From assembly GCF_018398935.1 (NCBI RefSeq), contig NZ_CP074694.1, positions 540,001 to 572,000 of the forward strand: DNA of 32,000 nt, in the 5' to 3' direction. Shown piece after piece: positions 16,913-24,522 of this stretch. Both the position numbers and the translations under genes were made by a program. The DNA comes from Telmatocola sphagniphila. GTDB taxonomy: Bacteria > Planctomycetota > Planctomycetia > Gemmatales > Gemmataceae. Within the stretch, counting starts at the first letter, position 1, and every line of letters begins with the position of its first letter. Under the pieces are notes generated by a model, which was not told the DNA's origin, did no database searches, and worked only from the letters and a program-made list of their open reading frames with translations.

Positions 16913-18085
16913 TCAATCGGCCGTGCAAAGACGGTAGAGGATTTCCGCCGCCTGTTCAACCTGCTTGAGCTCGATCCATTCGTCCTTGGTGTGTGCCTGG
17001 GCGATGTCGCCCGGGCCGAAAACGACACAGGGAATCCCGGCTTCGGCGATACTCGAACCATCAGTGCCAAAGGGCACCGCCAGTATCTCGTGCTTACCAG
17101 TCACGGAATTAATGGCCGAACCCAATCGCCGTAGGACTTCGTGATTATTCGTAGCTTTCAAAGCTGGGCAGGCGAGCCAGCTTGGTTCGATGATAAATGG
17201 AAAATCGATGACGGGATGCTGGATCAGGAATTTTTCGAGTTCTAGCGGAGCGTCTTCCGGCTTCTCTCCGGGAAGCAATCTTCGGTCGATTTCAATAGTG
17301 CAGAAGTCGGGAACCGTGTTGACGCTCACTCCACCTTGAATTTTCCCCACGCTAATGGTAGGTGTTCCCAGGCGAGGATCGGCTTCCAGTCGAGTGAGAT
17401 GATCGGCATACTGCTCAATCACATTTAGGAGATGCCCCATCCGGTAAATGGCATTAACGCCTTCCTGCGGGTAAGAACTGTGGCAGGCTCGTCCCGGCAC
17501 TTTGATGAGCCAGCGAACCACGCCTTTATGAGTATCTACTATTTGCAGATTAGTGGGTTCGGCACAGATTGCGAAATCGGCTTGGACCCCCCGACGAAGC
17601 AATTCCTGAACGCCGAGAAAAGTGTGCTCTTCATCGACGGTACAGGCTAGGATCACGTTGGCCGCCTGAGGTGGTTTCTCCCTATTCAGTCGATCCATCA
17701 CAGCGAGCATCGATGCCATGCCGCCTTTGACATCGCAAGCTCCACGACCGAACAGTCTTCCGTCTCGAACCTCTCCCGCAAAAGGATCGATTGTCATTCC
17801 TTCAACTGGCACAGTGTCCTGATGAACTTCGAGGAGAATGGTCCGTTTGGCTTGGGGAGAGTGGTGCGAAATCAGGACGTTGTCGCGAAAAGGAGCAACG
17901 GGTTGCCGCGTGCATTCCATTTTGCGGCGTTTTGCCCATTTTTCCAAAAAGAGGCTCACCCTTCTCTCGAAGTGGAACGATTTCGTTTCCACTAAACCCA
18001 TGGGATTTATGCTACTTCGTCGAACGAGTGCTCTCAGGAGTCTCGGTAACGGTAGAAAATCAGTCGTTTCGGGTGAGGAAGTCAA
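16913..18085 (-). CDS. M20 family metallohydrolase (ArgE/DapE-like deacylase)
   Basis: LEVHQDTVP, GRGACDVKGGMASML, CTVDEEHTFLG and HTKDEWIEL are standard ArgE/DapE/M20 motifs. The only canonical start upstream of the conserved N-terminal helix is TTG at 18085. Confidence 0.85.
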   Translation of the reverse strand: MTSSPETTDFLPLPRLLRALVRRSSINPMGLVETKSFHFERRVSLFLEKWAKRRKMECTRQPVAPFRDNVLISHHSPQAKRTILLEVHQDTVPVEGMTIDPFAGEVRDGRLFGRGACDVKGGMASMLAVMDRLNREKPPQAANVILACTVDEEHTFLGVQELLRRGVQADFAICAEPTNLQIVDTHKGVVRWLIKVPGRACHSSYPQEGVNAIYRMGHLLNVIEQYADHLTRLEADPRLGTPTISVGKIQGGVSVNTVPDFCTIEIDRRLLPGEKPEDAPLELEKFLIQHPVIDFPFIIEPSWLACPALKATNNHEVLRRLGSAINSVTGKHEILAVPFGTDGSSIAEAGIPCVVFGPGDIAQAHTKDEWIELKQVEQAAEILYRLCTAD

Positions 18086-18233
18086 CCTTGGGATCCATTT
18101 TGAGCCGCAAATTATTGTAAATCCTATGACCTAAGAATAACTCAAATTTCAATTTACGCCAAATATTCAGAGCTCAAGCCAAGAATTTCATGCTGCTGCT
18201 GGAATTTTTATTAAAAAAGACACATAATTTCAG

Positions 18234-18263
18234 TTGACTTTTAGGGTATCGATGTTTTATAAC
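18234..18263 (+). promoter_or_regulatory. Candidate sigma70-type promoter (TTGACT-N18-TATAAC) upstream of the proline-rich mini-protein gene
   Basis: Hexamers read directly in an AT-rich 250-nt intergenic region, about 70 nt upstream of ATG 18336. Promoter consensus for this lineage is assumed, not known. Confidence 0.3.
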
Positions 18264-18335
18264 TATGAGAGTCGTCCTGCAGCCAAACCCCTTCATTTCG
18301 ACTAGAGCTGCTTTGATGACATCAGGAGCAAACTG

Positions 18336-18578
18336 ATGAAACCCGTTAAGTTTGCAATGATAGCACTGCTGTCATTGTTTGCCGTTGCGAGCCAGAACGC
18401 TCTCCACGCGCAAAGTGTTAATCTGAATAGCGTTCAAGTTATGGATCTTGATGATCCTGTTACTCCGGAACCAGGTCCATTCGGCCCTTCGTTCCCCCCC
18501 ACGATTCCGGGTCCTGGGACACCATTGCCGCTTCCTACCGGTCCGACCTCTCCCTCAAACCCCTGTCCTCCGCAGTAA
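18336..18578 (+). CDS. Small secreted proline-rich protein (80 aa)
   Basis: Signal peptide is MKPVKFAMIALLSLFAVASQNALHA. The mature part ends ...DDPVTPEPGPFGPSFPPTIPGPGTPLPLPTGPTSPSNPCPPQ, with 17 Pro and 8 Ser/Thr in the last 40 residues. GGAGCAAAC lies upstream of the ATG. The gene is bracketed by a candidate promoter and a strong terminator. Confidence 0.55.
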   Translation: MKPVKFAMIALLSLFAVASQNALHAQSVNLNSVQVMDLDDPVTPEPGPFGPSFPPTIPGPGTPLPLPTGPTSPSNPCPPQ

Positions 18579-18603
18579 TGTGTGAGATGTGGTAGTTGGA
18601 ATC

Positions 18604-18632
18604 GAAGGATGCGATAAGTCGCATCCTTTTTC
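18604..18632 (+). terminator. Rho-independent terminator of the mini-protein gene
   Basis: Perfect 10-bp stem AAGGATGCGA / TCGCATCCTT (18605-18614 / 18619-18628) with loop TAAG, followed by TTTTC. Confidence 0.8.
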
Positions 18633-18659
18633 ATTTGACCTTTCAATCAAGTCACATCC

Positions 18660-20300
18660 TTACGGACGGTTGCTGATTACCAGCACATTTTTGTCTTCGT
18701 AAAAATCGTAATGCTGGCTGACTAATCGAAATGGCCTGAGGAGGTCCTTCTCCAATTCCTTCCAGGTGTTCTCCGTCAAAATCAGATAGGATTCCCGCGG
18801 CGAATTCAAGAAACTGACTGCGTCCTCCAGATGTTCCAACTTTAGAATCTCCCGTTGGGTGTAGAAGACCGTCGTGGGCTTGAACCAGTAAATCGAGGCT
18901 ATACGAATATCCCTTTCGCGTTGCCGGAGTTGGCTCTCTTCGACCAGAGCTCGCGGTGCTTTGTATTGGTCCATCTGTAAGATTGGAAAAGCCGCAAGAC
19001 AGGTCATGAACCCCACGGCGCTCGTCGTAATACACATCAGAATTCGATTCCGGTTTCCGCGAAGCCAAAAGTAGTAACCCGCAATTGCACCCAGCAACGG
19101 GAACATTCCCACCCAGGCGCTTTTCTCGAGCCCAGGAAAAACGCGCATCTTTTTGATCGGTAGGGTGATGGCACCGCTGGCGATTAAAAGACCCGCTATG
19201 GTTATCAGACCGACCAGTAAAAGGGCACTCAACGCTACCGGCATCCCCCAGCTATAGCCCGCAATTTGCTGACTTCGCCAGCGTTCCACAAATCGTCCGC
19301 ACACGATAGCCGTCGCTGGATAAAGGGGAAACACATAGTTCGGCAATTTGGTGGCCGCGATGGAGAAAACCGCGAGATAGACTGCAAACCAGGTCAACAA
19401 CAATCGGTACGGAGCATAGTCGAGTTGGGAAGTTCGGCATTGTTTGACGGCTTCCCAAAATGCCAAGCCGAGGAAAATACTGCCTGGAGCGAAACCAATG
19501 ATCAAGGCGATCAGATGAAAGAACGGATTACCGCTATGGTTTTCCATGGGCGTCGTGAATCGGGAAATATTTTCTCGACCGAAGAAGACTCGGAGAAATT
19601 CGCCGCGGGTTTCCACGCCGACCATCACATACCAGGGTAATGCCAGGAGCAGGAAAACCAAACTGGCTTGAATCAGCTTGCGATCCCATAGCCGCGAGAG
19701 TTGTTTGTTCCAACCCAGATAAACTAGGACCACCAGCCCAGGCAGACCCACTCCGATAGGCCCCTTCGTAAGGACCGCCAAGGCGCATGCGGCGGCCATC
19801 GGAATGAACCACCCTCGACCACCATTTTCTGAAAATCGCCAGAAACAATAGAAGGACAGGGTAGTGAAGAATACCAGGATAGAATCCGGGCTGGCCGTGT
19901 GGGAAAGTAGACAGAACTCGATGGCTGTCGTCAGGAGTAAACCGCTGATCAAACCCGTCATCGCATCGAACATGCGTCGACCCAGGAAGTAGGTGATAAA
20001 CACCGTACCAAAACCGGCCAGGACGCTCGGTAGCCTTGCCGACCACTCGGAGATGCCAAAAAGCTTATAGGAGGCCATCTGCCACCAATAGAGCATCACC
20101 GGCTTGGCCGTGCGCAGTTCATAATTAAAAGTGGGCACAATCCAAGTGCCGGCCTCCAGCATTTCCCGGGCGGCTTCCGCATTAACACCTTCGTCGACAT
20201 CCCACAGGCTATGCGTGCCGAGATTGGGGAATGTGCACAAAGCCATTACCGTCGTTAGGATCATTAAGTGCAATTTCGAAGATTGCGAAAATCGGTTCAT
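18660..20300 (-). CDS. GT-C fold glycosyltransferase, family 39 (ArnT / PMT_2-like) polytopic membrane protein
   Basis: MNRFSQSSKLHLMILTTVMALCTFPNLGTHSLWDVDEGVNAEAAREMLEAGTWIVPTFNYELRTAKPVMLYW is the typical ArnT/PMT_2 N-terminus with an acidic loop-1 motif. More than 10 hydrophobic segments follow. The track ORF extends to 20543, but that extension overlaps the ROK gene and divergent promoter, so ATG at 20300 is preferred. Confidence 0.8.
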   Translation of the reverse strand: MNRFSQSSKLHLMILTTVMALCTFPNLGTHSLWDVDEGVNAEAAREMLEAGTWIVPTFNYELRTAKPVMLYWWQMASYKLFGISEWSARLPSVLAGFGTVFITYFLGRRMFDAMTGLISGLLLTTAIEFCLLSHTASPDSILVFFTTLSFYCFWRFSENGGRGWFIPMAAACALAVLTKGPIGVGLPGLVVLVYLGWNKQLSRLWDRKLIQASLVFLLLALPWYVMVGVETRGEFLRVFFGRENISRFTTPMENHSGNPFFHLIALIIGFAPGSIFLGLAFWEAVKQCRTSQLDYAPYRLLLTWFAVYLAVFSIAATKLPNYVFPLYPATAIVCGRFVERWRSQQIAGYSWGMPVALSALLLVGLITIAGLLIASGAITLPIKKMRVFPGLEKSAWVGMFPLLGAIAGYYFWLRGNRNRILMCITTSAVGFMTCLAAFPILQMDQYKAPRALVEESQLRQRERDIRIASIYWFKPTTVFYTQREILKLEHLEDAVSFLNSPRESYLILTENTWKELEKDLLRPFRLVSQHYDFYEDKNVLVISNRP

Positions 20301-20439
20301 CCTAAGCCTTGCAGAATGATCTTTCTGAAACCCATTACACCGCGTAATATAAGCGGTTCCAGTAAGTTGCGGAAGACCAACAGTCGGTGAAGAACGTACA
20401 TTCAGGCGTCGGTTAGGATGTCTGATCGATGGATCTAAC

Positions 20440-21423
20440 ATGAGTAAAGCGTATTTTGTCGGGTTAGATGTCGGTGGTACTACTATGAAAGCGGCCGTCG
20501 TCGATTCCGACGGGCTGGCCGGTCCCGCCGTGGTATCTGACACCGAATCCTATAAGGGTCAGGATCATGGCCTGGCCACCATGTGCGACACTATTCGAAA
20601 AGCGGTGGAAGCCGCCAACAAAAAGCTAGCCGACATCGCCGCAATCGGTGTGGCCACGCCGGGCACCATGGATATCAAAGCCGGCTTGATTCTGGATCCG
20701 CCGAACCTCAAACCTTGGCGGGATGTGCCCGTTCGTGATCATATTTTGAATCATTTCAAAATTCCCACGGCCTTTCAAAACGATGCCAATGCTGCAGCGT
20801 TCGGCGAATACTGGGTGGGAGCCGGCCGTACTGCAAAAAGCATGGTTCTATTCACACTGGGTACTGGAGTCGGCGGCGGAATCATCATCAATGATTACGT
20901 TCTCGAAGGGGAACACAGCCACGGCGGAGAAATTGGACACCTGAAAATTGAGATGACTAATGGCCGCCGCTGTGGTTGCGGCCGATTGGGGTGTCTGGAA
21001 GCCTACGCATCTGCCACGGCTGTTGTAAAGCGTTGCGTAGAGGCTTTGGAAAAGGATTCCGGTCATTCCGTGCTTCGCCAACTTCTGAACAAAAAGGAAA
21101 GCGAACTCACCAGCCGGGCGATCTTCACCGCCGCGGAACAGGGAGATACTCTCGCACAAACCATCGTGGAAGATACGGCGTATTATCTGGCAGTCGGGGC
21201 AATCAACATGATGCATACGATCGACCCCGATGCGATAGTTTTTGCGGGAGGAATGATCGCGGCCGGAGAATCGTTCCTGAATCGAATCCGCTACCACATC
21301 TGCGAACTCGCCTTCCCGGTACCGGCTTCGAAGACAGAAGTTCGCTACGCGCTACTGGGAAGTGATGCGGGTTTCATCGGAGCGGCGGCCTGTGCCCGTC
21401 AACTCTGGTTGAAATCGAAATAA
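20440..21423 (+). CDS. ROK family sugar kinase (glucokinase-like)
   Basis: GLDVGGTTMKAAVVD (phosphate-1), TLGTGVGGGII, and the ROK zinc motif GHLKIEMTNGRRCGCGRLGCLEAYAS. Confidence 0.85.
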   Translation: MSKAYFVGLDVGGTTMKAAVVDSDGLAGPAVVSDTESYKGQDHGLATMCDTIRKAVEAANKKLADIAAIGVATPGTMDIKAGLILDPPNLKPWRDVPVRDHILNHFKIPTAFQNDANAAAFGEYWVGAGRTAKSMVLFTLGTGVGGGIIINDYVLEGEHSHGGEIGHLKIEMTNGRRCGCGRLGCLEAYASATAVVKRCVEALEKDSGHSVLRQLLNKKESELTSRAIFTAAEQGDTLAQTIVEDTAYYLAVGAINMMHTIDPDAIVFAGGMIAAGESFLNRIRYHICELAFPVPASKTEVRYALLGSDAGFIGAAACARQLWLKSK

Positions 21424-21427
21424 AGGA

Positions 21428-22294
21428 TCAGCCAAAATCCAATTCTTCGGCTTGCATAGCAAAGATAACGGCCAATACCACCGGAATCAGAATGAATAGT
21501 TGCGAGAGAATCAGCTGAATCCAGTGATTGCGGATTCTATTCAAGGGCCAAATCAATAACAGCAACCAGGCGAGAGGGCTCAGAGCAACCAATAGGAAGC
21601 TCTTGAGCTCGACCTCGCTGTAGGTTTCATAATGTGCCGCCAGAAGCAAACCGGGAAGCAGTACTGCCATCGCTGGGGCGATACCCCCACAGTCGATATC
21701 GGCGAACATCGCTAAGCAAGCAATTCCAAAAAGCGAAACGGCCAGAACGGTTGCAATGTCAGAAAATAGGCCGCTGTGTGCGTAGAGCAGAATAATCGAA
21801 GCTCCACCGAAGGTCATGGAGAGTCCCAGAGGGATTGAAAACCCGTTTACTCGGGAGCAAACACGCTCTAATGTCAACCATTCCAGGACGACCGTCACGG
21901 CAAAGACTTCAAGGACCCATTGATGATTTTCCTGGTATTCTGCCGGAACCAGGAACCAGCTTGCAATCGTTGCCAGAACTACTTTGAAGAGTAGTAGCAC
22001 ATCGAATCGTAACTTCACCGTTCGTAAAGCCGTCCCAAGTAACGTCATCCCTAAAGCTATCCAAAGCAGATAGTGCCAGGTGGCTTTTTCCGGCTTCAGC
22101 GGAATCAATCCGCGAAAGGCGTTCCCTGCGATCAATCCGGCCATCAAGGCGTAACCCGTCGCCAGCAAAGAGTTTTTACGTCCCGAAAGCCAGAGAGAAT
22201 GTCCGAGAATGGCGGTAGTCGCGATGAAAGTGGGAAGAATTTCTTCTCGAAAGGCTTCCAGGACCAGATGACGAGGGGGAAGGGGTGGCAACAT
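21428..22294 (-). CDS. Polytopic membrane protein, function unknown (288 aa)
   Basis: Long ORF with about 8 hydrophobic segments and no motif I recognise. Its stop lies 4 nt from the convergent ROK stop. Confidence 0.55.
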   Translation of the reverse strand: MLPPLPPRHLVLEAFREEILPTFIATTAILGHSLWLSGRKNSLLATGYALMAGLIAGNAFRGLIPLKPEKATWHYLLWIALGMTLLGTALRTVKLRFDVLLLFKVVLATIASWFLVPAEYQENHQWVLEVFAVTVVLEWLTLERVCSRVNGFSIPLGLSMTFGGASIILLYAHSGLFSDIATVLAVSLFGIACLAMFADIDCGGIAPAMAVLLPGLLLAAHYETYSEVELKSFLLVALSPLAWLLLLIWPLNRIRNHWIQLILSQLFILIPVVLAVIFAMQAEELDFG

Positions 22295-22305
22295 GATGTT
22301 TCCCC

Positions 22306-22335
22306 AAAAAATAAGCCGACGATGTAATCGTCGGC
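22306..22335 (-). terminator. Rho-independent terminator of yceI
   Basis: On the minus strand GCCGACGAT-(tac)-ATCGTCGGC (9-bp stem, 22315-22335) is followed by TTATTTTTT. Confidence 0.8.
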
Positions 22336-22352
22336 CGGTATCTGAAGATTAA

Positions 22353-22898
22353 TTACTTCTTCGCTTTTACGTCCAGAGTCAGACTGACTTCATCTTCGAT
22401 GATTCCCTTGCCGTACGCCATGCCGAAATCCAGTTTGTTGATTTTGAACTCGCTCTTGAGAGTGAGGTTGTCATCGGCCACCGTGACTTTCGCCGGAATC
22501 ACAATGCTTTTGGTTTTGCCATTGAGAGTGAGGTCGCCAGTAATGTTGTAGCCAGCCGTCGTCGGTTCAATCTTCGTCGATACGAATTTTGATTTCGGGT
22601 TGTTTTTCACGCCGAAGAAATCCGGAGCCTTGAGGTGATTGGTCAATTTTTCATTGTCCGACCAGGTCGAGTCCATATCGATTTCAACCGTAATCTTGCC
22701 CTTTACAATATCCTTGCCTTCCACTTCGATCGACCCAATCAAAGTCTTGAAACCGCCTTCATGCTTGCCGTCTTTTTTCGTTCCGACGAACTTGATTTCG
22801 GTATTTTTCCCGCTGAGTTCAAACTTGGTGTCCGCCGCGGAAACCTGAAAGGCACCGATGGCCGCCAGCAGAACCAGCCCGAAAAGATTACGAATCAT
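22353..22898 (-). CDS. yceI: YceI family periplasmic (polyisoprenoid-binding-like) protein
   Basis: It has a signal peptide MIRNLFGLVLLAAIGAFQVSA. The KFVGTKKDGKHEGGFKTLIGSIEV...GDLTLNGKTKSIVIPAKV pattern is typical of YceI-like domains. A strong AAGGAGGA lies upstream of the ATG. Confidence 0.85.
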   Translation of the reverse strand: MIRNLFGLVLLAAIGAFQVSAADTKFELSGKNTEIKFVGTKKDGKHEGGFKTLIGSIEVEGKDIVKGKITVEIDMDSTWSDNEKLTNHLKAPDFFGVKNNPKSKFVSTKIEPTTAGYNITGDLTLNGKTKSIVIPAKVTVADDNLTLKSEFKINKLDFGMAYGKGIIEDEVSLTLDVKAKK

Positions 22899-23022
22899 AT
22901 GTCCTCCTTAGAAATGGGATTGAGCCTTTCACCTGTTAATTCCGAAACTGTTGGTGATGGCTCAATACATGTCTCATATATAACCGAACTGGCCTCTTCT
23001 TACACGAAAATTGAATGAAATT

Positions 23023-23730
23023 TTATTGCGGGCTCAGATCGTCAGGTTGCTCAATTGCCGGAGCCCTCTCCGAGGGTTGCAATTTCCGTTTTTTCCAAAT
23101 TTCGCTGGACAGAAAGCCGTTTTGCCAGCTTCGAGCCTTGAGGAGAACCAATCCATGGGAGGCCAACAAGGGATCGAAATTCACTAACTCTTTCGTTTGC
23201 AAACGGGTCGAGAGCCTGAAACAGAAGTACATCATGCGGAGTCGCCATCGAGCTCTGCGCGCCGCAGCTGAGATCGAAGGAATTCGAAAATCGCCCACGA
23301 CCCATAAACCGCCTGGGATAAGGGCAGAGCTCAGAAGTGCTATGACTGGCTGCAATTCCTTTTCGTCGAAACAATCGAGAAGAAAGTTGGTGATTACCAG
23401 ATCGAAAGTCCCTTCGGGCACTAAGAGTTTTCTGATGTCTCCCGTTTGAAATTGCACTCGTTTGCCATCGATCCCGGCGGCCTCCATTCTCCTTTTCGCC
23501 AACTCGCGCATCTTCCGGCTGAAATCAATACTCTTGACTACAGCCAGGGGATTTGCACGCAAAAATTCCCGAAGGAAACGCCCGTCTCCTTCGCCGATAA
23601 TCAGCACTCTCTTTGCGTCTTTTAGTGAATCGAGCCAGCCGATTCGACACTTCTGCAGAGAATCGCCGAAGACGATCTTCTCGATCCAGTGGTAATGCGG
23701 AGCCAGCAGATCGAAACTCAAAGCAGACAC
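23023..23730 (-). CDS. Class I SAM-dependent methyltransferase
   Basis: Motif I is RVLIIGEGDGRFL, with FDLVITNFLLDCF and GGLWVVGDF post-I motifs. The start overlaps the upstream membrane-protein gene by 13 nt. Confidence 0.8.
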   Translation of the reverse strand: MSALSFDLLAPHYHWIEKIVFGDSLQKCRIGWLDSLKDAKRVLIIGEGDGRFLREFLRANPLAVVKSIDFSRKMRELAKRRMEAAGIDGKRVQFQTGDIRKLLVPEGTFDLVITNFLLDCFDEKELQPVIALLSSALIPGGLWVVGDFRIPSISAAARRARWRLRMMYFCFRLSTRLQTKELVNFDPLLASHGLVLLKARSWQNGFLSSEIWKKRKLQPSERAPAIEQPDDLSPQ

Positions 23731-24500
23731 CGAACAAAAAGAGGCGACAGTAATGACACATCGGCTAACACCCGAAGAACGCGAAGACTCAGCCGACTAT
23801 GGAAAAGATGTAATATCCCCAGACAAGCGTAGGAAAGCAGGAAACACCCACCGAACGGCGCGGGACTGAACACTGCCGAAAGTGCCACCGGTATGAAGGC
23901 GAGTGCCAGGGAGATTCTCGCCATTTTTCGCTCGGAGTTTTCCCAAAGTGTAATCATCAGACAATTGACGAAGCAAACCGAGCCAAATCCGACGACTGCG
24001 GCAGTGGACTCCGGAAAAGGAATATTCTCTTCGGCAATCAATGATACGCTTACCCCCGCGGCGAAGAGTAGGGCCACGCTCAATTCCTTGACCGCCGTTT
24101 TACTCAACATTCTGCTGCCGTGCACTGCGACAAAATAAAGTGCCACGAGCAAGCCTAGTATACCGCCGCTCAGTCGGGTTCGTTCGGGAAGCCAGAGGCT
24201 CAAAAAGGCCCCCATTGTTAACGACAACAGAGCTCCGCAAAGAAAAGCTTTCGAGTATCGGGCTGCGAACTTGTGCCTATCCTGCCAGACGGTGCGGGAA
24301 TGCTTCCGAGTGTCGAGCCAGTGATCGGCCAGGTATATTCCCCAGACGATTAATCCTAGAACAATCGATTCGAGGGCCGGTAACGGAACATGGAAAATGT
24401 AACAGAAAAAGGACTGCCAGATCACCGCAATAATCGGGGCATCCAAACTCAGAAGGTGAGGCCAGATCCACCAGGGCCACTCAGGCAATTCCGAAGACAT
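23718..24500 (-). CDS. Polytopic membrane protein (260 aa) with a loop D-x-x-x-D motif; possible distant UbiA-like prenyltransferase (unverified)
   Basis: About 8 hydrophobic segments. YLADHWLDTRKH after the second segment resembles the first Asp-rich motif of UbiA-superfamily enzymes, but I could not find a convincing second motif by eye. Confidence 0.5.
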   Translation of the reverse strand: MSSELPEWPWWIWPHLLSLDAPIIAVIWQSFFCYIFHVPLPALESIVLGLIVWGIYLADHWLDTRKHSRTVWQDRHKFAARYSKAFLCGALLSLTMGAFLSLWLPERTRLSGGILGLLVALYFVAVHGSRMLSKTAVKELSVALLFAAGVSVSLIAEENIPFPESTAAVVGFGSVCFVNCLMITLWENSERKMARISLALAFIPVALSAVFSPAPFGGCFLLSYACLGILHLFHSRLSLRVLRVLADVSLLSPLFVRCLL

Positions 24501-24522
24501 TGAATGCCAACTACTTGATGAC

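Noticed and set aside
20301-20543. An 81-codon N-terminal extension of the GT39 ORF (MSDTTAGPASPS...).
   Set aside because: It overlaps the ROK kinase gene start and the divergent promoter, and it has no membrane or family features. The family-typical N-terminus begins at ATG 20300.
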